In this document: one piece after another, positions 58,488 through 64,000 of the stretch
Layout of the letters: every line of letters starts with the position of its first letter
How positions within the stretch are numbered: position 1 is the stretch's first letter
Position numbers and translations under genes: made by a program
Notes under the pieces: model-generated
Database searches by the model: none
What the model was told of the DNA's origin: nothing
The model's input: the letters and a program-made list of their open reading frames with translations, nothing else
Assembly: GCA_035343915.1 (NCBI GenBank)
Contig: DAOQZZ010000013.1
Span: 9,171 to 73,170, forward strand
Reading direction: 5' to 3'
Source of the DNA: Gordonia sp. (in: high G+C Gram-positive bacteria)
Lineage (GTDB): Bacteria; Actinomycetota; Actinomycetes; Mycobacteriales; Mycobacteriaceae
Length of the DNA stretch: 64,000 nucleotides

Positions 58488-59714
58488 ATGACAACGACCG
58501 AAGACTTGACGCCCGCGTGGATCAACGACGTCACAATGGAACAGTTGGAGCGCAACCCCAACGAGGTCTACCAGCGGCTGCGCGCCGAGGCCCCCGTTGC
58601 CTACGTCCCCCAGCTCGGTCTCTACATCATCTCCACCCGCGACCTGTGCATGGATATCGCCAAGGATTCCGCTCACTGGCCGGCCGTCATCTCACCGGCC
58701 GGAGGGCGCACCTTCGGAGAAGGGGCGATCATCGGCACCAACGGCCCCCAGCACAAGGATCTGCGGAGCATGGTCGAGCCCCACCTGCGACCGCAGGCCG
58801 TCGACACCTACATCGACGACCTCGTGCGGCCGATCGCGCGGGCACGACTCGAGGCCATCGAAGACATCGGTGCTGTCGATATCGTCGCCGAATACTGCGA
58901 ACCGGTCAGTGTCCGCGCACTCGGTGACCTCCTCGGTCTCCCGGACGTCTCCGAAGACAAACTCCGTGAGTGGTTCCACAAGCTGAGTGTCTCGTTCACC
59001 AATGCCGACATGACGCCCGACGGCGAGTTCGCCAACCCCGACGGTTTCATCCCCGGCGACGAGGCCCGGGCGGAGATCATCGCCATGCTCGACCCGAAGA
59101 TCGACAAATGGATCGTCGAGCCCGATGATTCGGCGGTCTCGCACTGGTTGCACGACGGCATGCCCGAAGGTGAAACCCGCAGCCGGGAGGTCATCTACCC
59201 GAACATCTATGTCTTCCTGCTGGGTGCGATGCAGGAACCCGCCCACGCCATGGCGACGACCATGGCCGGCCTGTTCAGCAAGCCAGATCAGTTCGAGCGT
59301 GTGGTCGACGATCCCTCGTTGCTTCCCCGAGCCATCAACGAGGGCATGCGATGGGTCGCCCCGATCTGGTCGGCCGCCGTCAAGGTGGCGACCTCCGAGG
59401 TGACCGTGGGCGACGTAACGCTCCCCGCCAACTCCCTGGTCATGCTCTCGTACGGGTCGGCGAACAACGACGAGAACGCCTACGAGGCACCGACGCAGTA
59501 CGACCTCGACCGGGCCGTCTCCCCCAACCTGACTTTCGGTGGCGGGGTCCATGCCTGCGCCGGAACGTACTACGCATCCGCCGTGGTCCGAATCGCGCTC
59601 GAGGAATTGTTCGACGCCATTCCGAACCTCGAACTCGACGAGACCCACGACGTGGATTTCTGGGGCTGGGGATTCCGCGGCCCCAAGGAATTGCACGTGA
59701 CCTGGGAAGTCTGA
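58488..59714 (+). CDS. gcoA: Cytochrome P450, CYP255A (GcoA/AgcA-type aryl-O-demethylase)
   Basis: [47 protein letters not shown] (heme Cys) and FWGWGFRGP motifs, colinear with GcoA as recalled. Confidence 0.9.
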   Translation: MTTTEDLTPAWINDVTMEQLERNPNEVYQRLRAEAPVAYVPQLGLYIISTRDLCMDIAKDSAHWPAVISPAGGRTFGEGAIIGTNGPQHKDLRSMVEPHLRPQAVDTYIDDLVRPIARARLEAIEDIGAVDIVAEYCEPVSVRALGDLLGLPDVSEDKLREWFHKLSVSFTNADMTPDGEFANPDGFIPGDEARAEIIAMLDPKIDKWIVEPDDSAVSHWLHDGMPEGETRSREVIYPNIYVFLLGAMQEPAHAMATTMAGLFSKPDQFERVVDDPSLLPRAINEGMRWVAPIWSAAVKVATSEVTVGDVTLPANSLVMLSYGSANNDENAYEAPTQYDLDRAVSPNLTFGGGVHACAGTYYASAVVRIALEELFDAIPNLELDETHDVDFWGWGFRGPKELHVTWEV

Positions 59715-59724
59715 GGTGCAACCG

Positions 59725-60783
59725 ATGGCCGATACCGATACCCCGGTGGTCGCCCCCGCCCATTTCCGCGTCGAAATCGCTCGCTCCACGACGGCGTTCG
59801 AGGTGGCGCCCGATCAATCGATTCTCGACGCCGCCCTGCGCGCCAACGCCTGGATTCCACATTCGTGTACCCAGGGCACCTGCGGCACCTGCAAACTCAA
59901 GGTGCTGTCGGGCACGGTGGATCACGCCGACTCCCCGGAGTACACCTTGTCGCTGGAGGAGCGCACTGACGGACTGACGCTCGCCTGCCGGGCGGTACCC
60001 ACGGACGATCTCGTCGTCGAACCGCTGGGCGCGACCGACGACGGGGTGCCCCACCACCCCCTGCGGGACTACACCGCCGAGGTCGTCGAGCTGGAGGATA
60101 TCGCTGCCGACACCCGGCGCCTCGTCGTGGAGTTGGATTCCCCGATGGCGTTCAACGCCGGCCAATACTGCGAACTGATCGTTCCCGAAAGCGGTGTGGC
60201 CCGGCAGTACTCCATGGCCAATCCACCCGACGAGAACCGGCGGCTGGAGTTGCACATCAAGAGGACTCCGGGCGGATTGGCCACCGACGGCTGGGTCTTC
60301 CGATCGCTCAAGGTCGGCGATCGATTCACCCTGAAAGGGCCTCTCGGCCAATTCCACCTGGTCAACCAGTGCGAGGAAACCGCGGTCCTCATCGGCGGGG
60401 GCACCGGCCTGGCACCGTTGAAATCCATCGTGCGCCATGCACTCCACCTCGACCTGCTGCCGGAGATCCACCTCTATCACGGGGGTCGGCGCCAAGTGGA
60501 TCTCTACGACGTCGAGTTCTTCACCGCCCTCGACCGCGAGCATCCCAACTTCCACTACCACCCAGCGCTGAGCGAGGAAGACTGGGACGGCGCGACCGGC
60601 ATGGTGACCGATGTCGTCGCCGATGACTTCGCCACCTGCAAGGGCATGCGCGCATACCTCTGCGGGCCGCCGGTGATGGTGGCCGCGGCGGTGAAGACGC
60701 TCAAGCGCCGTCGCATGTCGCCACGATTGATCCTCCGTGAGGAGTTCACGCCAGCCCCACCGACAACCCCGTCAGAGTCGTAG
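59725..60783 (+). CDS. gcoB: P450 reductase with N-terminal 2Fe-2S, FAD and NAD domains (GcoB/AgcB-like)
   Basis: CTQGTCGTC..LACR, RQYSMAN, GGTGLAP and YLCGPP motifs. Start is 59716 (GTG) or 59725 (ATG). Confidence 0.88.
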   Translation: MADTDTPVVAPAHFRVEIARSTTAFEVAPDQSILDAALRANAWIPHSCTQGTCGTCKLKVLSGTVDHADSPEYTLSLEERTDGLTLACRAVPTDDLVVEPLGATDDGVPHHPLRDYTAEVVELEDIAADTRRLVVELDSPMAFNAGQYCELIVPESGVARQYSMANPPDENRRLELHIKRTPGGLATDGWVFRSLKVGDRFTLKGPLGQFHLVNQCEETAVLIGGGTGLAPLKSIVRHALHLDLLPEIHLYHGGRRQVDLYDVEFFTALDREHPNFHYHPALSEEDWDGATGMVTDVVADDFATCKGMRAYLCGPPVMVAAAVKTLKRRRMSPRLILREEFTPAPPTTPSES

Positions 60784-60846
60784 CCCACGGCCTCGACGCC
60801 ACTGCCGTAACCCAACCGCACCCTCTCCCGGAAGCGAGACACCCCC

Positions 60847-61155
60847 ATGTACGAGATCACGGTCATCTACAACCACCCCGCCGACCCCGCCGCGTTCGAC
60901 GACTACTACTGGAACACGCACGTTGCGCTCGCCCGGAAGATCCCCGGCCTGCAGAGTGCGTCGTTCGTCAAGTGCGACACACTCGACGGATCGACGCCGA
61001 GCCACTACGGCATCGCCCGATTGGTCTTCGACTCCAAGGACCAGGCCCTCGCCGGGTTGGGGTCCCCGGAGGGACAGGTGACCTCGGCCGACGTGGCGAA
61101 CTTCGCAAGCGGCGGCGCCACGCTACTGTTCGCCGGCGACCCCGACAAGATCTGA
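60847..61155 (+). CDS. EthD-family (Dabb) small protein
   Basis: VIYNHPADPAAFDDYYWNTHVALARKIPGL and DVANFA motifs. Confidence 0.85.
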   Translation: MYEITVIYNHPADPAAFDDYYWNTHVALARKIPGLQSASFVKCDTLDGSTPSHYGIARLVFDSKDQALAGLGSPEGQVTSADVANFASGGATLLFAGDPDKI

Positions 61156-61161
61156 GGGCCT

Positions 61162-61572
61162 TCAGGTCTGGGCGGCCCGAGCCGCGATCTCGCCGGACCG
61201 GACGGCACTCGCGGGACGGCCCGCGATACCCCAGTTCTCCGGCAAGACCTCGACGATCTGACCGCGCACAGCGTCAGGCGCGACACCGAGGGCGTCGACG
61301 ATCACCGCCGTGAGGGCTTCGAGCAGGGCTTGGCGCTGCGCGGCAGGCCGTCCGGCCAGCACGATCGCAGTGAAGTACGGGGCGTCGACGCCTGAGTCGA
61401 CGTGCCCGGCCACCGCGACACACGACGGGTCGTAGCGGACGACGAATACCCGCACCCGCTCGATCGGGGAATCCAGCACCCGCGAGTACGTGGTGCTGGC
61501 GTCGATCAGGAGCTTTCGCTCCTGCGCAGCGGTGAACCGGCCGGCCGGGATGTGAAAGTGTGCAACAGGCAT
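61162..61572 (-). CDS. Fused two-repeat tautomerase-superfamily protein
   Basis: N-terminal Pro (MPVAH); two beta-alpha-beta repeats (ERVRVFV; GRPAAQRQAL; ENWGIAG). Confidence 0.8.
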   Translation of the reverse strand: MPVAHFHIPAGRFTAAQERKLLIDASTTYSRVLDSPIERVRVFVVRYDPSCVAVAGHVDSGVDAPYFTAIVLAGRPAAQRQALLEALTAVIVDALGVAPDAVRGQIVEVLPENWGIAGRPASAVRSGEIAARAAQT

Positions 61573-61610
61573 TTGGGTCTCCTCTGATCAAAGATGCGTC
61601 GGCCGACGGG

Positions 61611-62372
61611 CTACAGCACCCCGTGGCGCACTCCACCGTCCGCGGCGAGTACCGCGCCGTGCAGGACCGATGCCTGCGGCTCGACCAATAGGCCGACCAG
61701 CCAGGCGATCTCGTCGAGAGTGGGCAACCGGCCAAGTGTGGTCTTGGCGCGGTATCGCTCCCACAATTCGTCGACCGACGTTCCGGATTCGGCGGACTGC
61801 GTCTCGATCAGCGCGCGCAGCCGCGGCGTATCCACCGGTCCCGGCGCGATCGTGTGGGTCGTCACGCCGTTGGGGCCGTACAACGCGCTAAGTTGTCGCA
61901 TCAGGTTGATCAGCGCCGCATTCGCGGTCCCGGGCCCGGCATCGAGGGGGCCGGGTTCAATACCGAGCGACCCGGCGATGGCCACGAACCGCGACCCCGC
62001 GACCAGGTGGTCGCGCACCGCGTGCAGCAGCCGAACCGTGCCGGCAACTTTGATATTCGCGGCGACGGCCAGCGCCGACGGGTCGATCGCATCGGCCGAC
62101 CCGCGCACTGGCAGTCCGGCCGCGAACACTGCCATGCGCACCGGGGTATCGAGTGCCCGCTTTATCGTCGCGACGGCATCATCGGATGCAATATCGGCCG
62201 GGCACGCGACAACCAACTCGCTGGACGCGCCCAGCTCGTCGAGTGCCGCCGCGTCGCGCGCCACTGCCACGACGCGAAACCCCTTGGCCACCAACGACGA
62301 CGTGATTGCCGAACCCATCGCGCCGGTCGCACCGACGACGACGCATGTCTCGGGACTCCCCGTCGCGGCCAT
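61611..62372 (-). CDS. Atypical SDR-family protein
   Basis: GATGAMG Rossmann motif and IAPGPVDTPRL; GPGTANAAL occupies the usual YxxxK position. Confidence 0.8.
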   Translation of the reverse strand: MAATGSPETCVVVGATGAMGSAITSSLVAKGFRVVAVARDAAALDELGASSELVVACPADIASDDAVATIKRALDTPVRMAVFAAGLPVRGSADAIDPSALAVAANIKVAGTVRLLHAVRDHLVAGSRFVAIAGSLGIEPGPLDAGPGTANAALINLMRQLSALYGPNGVTTHTIAPGPVDTPRLRALIETQSAESGTSVDELWERYRAKTTLGRLPTLDEIAWLVGLLVEPQASVLHGAVLAADGGVRHGVL

Positions 62373-62375
62373 GGT

Positions 62376-63842
62376 CTACCGCCGGAGGCGGATCGTGACG
62401 GCCCTGGGTTCGGTGAAGAACTCGCGCGAGTACTGCCCACCCTCTCGACCCAATCCGCTGATCCCCTCGCCGCCGAACGGCAGGCGCAGATCGCGTTCGA
62501 AGAAGGTGTTGATCCACACGGTGCCGGCCTTCCACGCGGCGGCCATCCGGTGCGCACGGTTCAGGTTGTCGGTGAAGAGGATGCCGGCCAGGCCGTAAGG
62601 CGAATCGTTGGCGATCCGCAGCGCCTCATCTTCGGTGTCGAACCCGAGTACGGTCTCGACCGGTCCGAAAATCTCCTCGCGCGCCGTCCGCGACTCGTTG
62701 GTGAGGCCGGTGATGACCGTCGGCGGATAGTAGGAGCCCGCCCCGTATTCCGCGCCGGTGAGTCGCTCGCCGCCGACGACGACTTTTCCGCCCTCCTCCT
62801 GTGCCAGCTCGACGTAGCCGTGCACCTTCTTGAGGTGTTGCTCCTCGATAAGCGGTCCCATGAACGTGTCGGGCCTCTTCGGATCTCCGACGACGAGTTT
62901 GGCGGCCTCGGCGGTGAACCGCTCGAGGAACTCTTCGCGAATCGAGTTCTGGACCAGAAGCCGCGTGCCCGATAGGCACACCTGACCGTTTCCGCCGAAG
63001 ATTGCGCGCAACGACATCGGCACTGCGAGGTCGAGATCGGCGTCATCGAAGACGATGTTGGCCGACTTCCCGCCCATCTCGGCCGAAACCGGCGTGTGGT
63101 TGCACGCCGCGGCCTGCAGGATCTTGACACCGGTGGCGCTCGAACCGGTGAACGTGATGCGGTCCACGCGTGGATCGGACGTGAGCGGGCCCGCCACCGC
63201 CTCACCGCCGTAGCCGTGCACCACGTTCAACACCCCCGGCGGGAGCCCCGCCTCCAAGGCGATCTCGGCGAACCGGTTCGCGGTCAATGGGGTTTGCGGC
63301 GCGGGTTTGAGGACAACGGTGTTGCCGAATGCCAGCGCCGGTGCCACCTTCCACGTCGCCAACATCAGCGGCGCATTCCACGGGCTGATCGCCGACACCA
63401 CTCCCGCGGGCGGGTACAGCACATAGGAGAGCAGGTCCCCGTCGGGGTAGGCCTCGTTCGCGGCCATTGCGACGTAGTCGGCGAAGAACCGGAGGTTGTG
63501 CGCGACGCGCGGGATCTCCGCGTGCAGGGACTGGGTGATCGTCTTGCCCCCGTCCCGTGTCTCCAGCAGCGCCAACTCCTCGCGGTGCTCGTCGACCGCA
63601 TCAGCCACCCGGTGCAGGATCGTCGCCCGTTCCTTGGGTGCCATCTTCGGCCACACGCCTTCGTCGAAGGCCGTGCGCGCGCACTCGATCGCGTCACGGC
63701 CGTCGTCGGCGGTGCCGCGCGCCACCTGTCCGAGCAGAGTGCCGTCGTGCGGGTCCCTCGTTTCGAACGTGGCGCCGTCGGAGGCGGACCGCCATTGGTC
63801 CCCGATCAGGTGTCGTACATCGATCGGTGCGGATGTCGTCAT
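62376..63842 (-). CDS. dmpC: 2-hydroxymuconate semialdehyde dehydrogenase
   Basis: PWNAPLMLATWKVAPALAFGN, FTGS, EMGGK, GQVCLSG, EEIFGPV and RDLRLPFGG motifs; meta-cleavage context. Confidence 0.85.
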   Translation of the reverse strand: MTTSAPIDVRHLIGDQWRSASDGATFETRDPHDGTLLGQVARGTADDGRDAIECARTAFDEGVWPKMAPKERATILHRVADAVDEHREELALLETRDGGKTITQSLHAEIPRVAHNLRFFADYVAMAANEAYPDGDLLSYVLYPPAGVVSAISPWNAPLMLATWKVAPALAFGNTVVLKPAPQTPLTANRFAEIALEAGLPPGVLNVVHGYGGEAVAGPLTSDPRVDRITFTGSSATGVKILQAAACNHTPVSAEMGGKSANIVFDDADLDLAVPMSLRAIFGGNGQVCLSGTRLLVQNSIREEFLERFTAEAAKLVVGDPKRPDTFMGPLIEEQHLKKVHGYVELAQEEGGKVVVGGERLTGAEYGAGSYYPPTVITGLTNESRTAREEIFGPVETVLGFDTEDEALRIANDSPYGLAGILFTDNLNRAHRMAAAWKAGTVWINTFFERDLRLPFGGEGISGLGREGGQYSREFFTEPRAVTIRLRR

Positions 63843-63858
63843 AGCCCTCGCCCTCCGG

Positions 63859-64000
63859 TCACGCGTTCACTGCCGTCTCGTAGGTCCGCCCGGCGAGTTC
63901 GGAAGCCACGTCGATGATCATGTCCTCCTGGCCGCCGATCACACCGCGCCGGCCGAGTTCGAGGAGAATGTCGCGCGTAGACACCCCGAACTTGCGGGCG
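63859..64000 (-). CDS. dmpG: 4-hydroxy-2-oxovalerate aldolase, C-terminal fragment (runs off window)
   Basis: Manual translation of the minus strand gives [46 protein letters not shown], containing the Dmp[12 protein letters not shown] signature. Confidence 0.9.
   Translation of the reverse strand, partial: ARKFGVSTRDILLELGRRGVIGGQEDMIIDVASELAGRTYETAVNA

Noticed and set aside
58075-58494. 139-aa minus-strand ORF as a real gene
   Set aside because: Only about 13 codons match the AraC N-terminus; the rest is antisense to the tautomerase or promoter. It is treated as a remnant instead.
49500-64000. Mobile-element boundaries for the catabolic region
   Set aside because: No transposase, integrase, tRNA or terminal inverted repeats were seen in the window; island status remains inference.

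Overview
High-GC actinobacterial (Mycobacteriales, Gordonia/Rhodococcus-like; inferred from gene content and synteny) chromosomal window. 1-26 kb is mostly conserved core in the purU-deoC-murB-hbhA and ramB-icl-fadB2 neighbourhoods (otsAB, deoC, purU, murB, hbhA, ppk2, metE-like, fadB2, icl, ramB). 26-50 kb is mixed accessory DNA: secreted lipase, VapBC, a methyltransferase/cupin/ABC/HTH block, a two-AurF + reductase + ABC1-kinase cluster, lpdA, OYE, Ntn hydrolase, prolyl oligopeptidase and hemerythrin. 50-64 kb is an aromatic-catabolism region: NphA1A2-type phenol hydroxylase, GcoAB/AgcAB-type CYP255A O-demethylase, meta-cleavage lower-pathway genes, two AraC and two IclR regulators; it runs off the right edge. 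Most notable: (i) a full-length, intact MetE homologue that has lost three of its four zinc ligands, a candidate pseudoenzyme 13 bp downstream of icl-fadB2; (ii) a tandem AurF diiron-oxygenase pair whose upstream copy has a degenerate metal site, coupled to its own reductase and an ABC1 kinase; (iii) an ~83-bp duplicated araC 5' end/promoter bracketing the lower-pathway block, plus three near-identical CRP-like boxes; (iv) three related 21-22-bp tandem arrays, two inverted around a methyltransferase. No CRISPR, rRNA, tRNA, transposase or integrase was recognised. All homology calls are from remembered family motifs; no searches were run.
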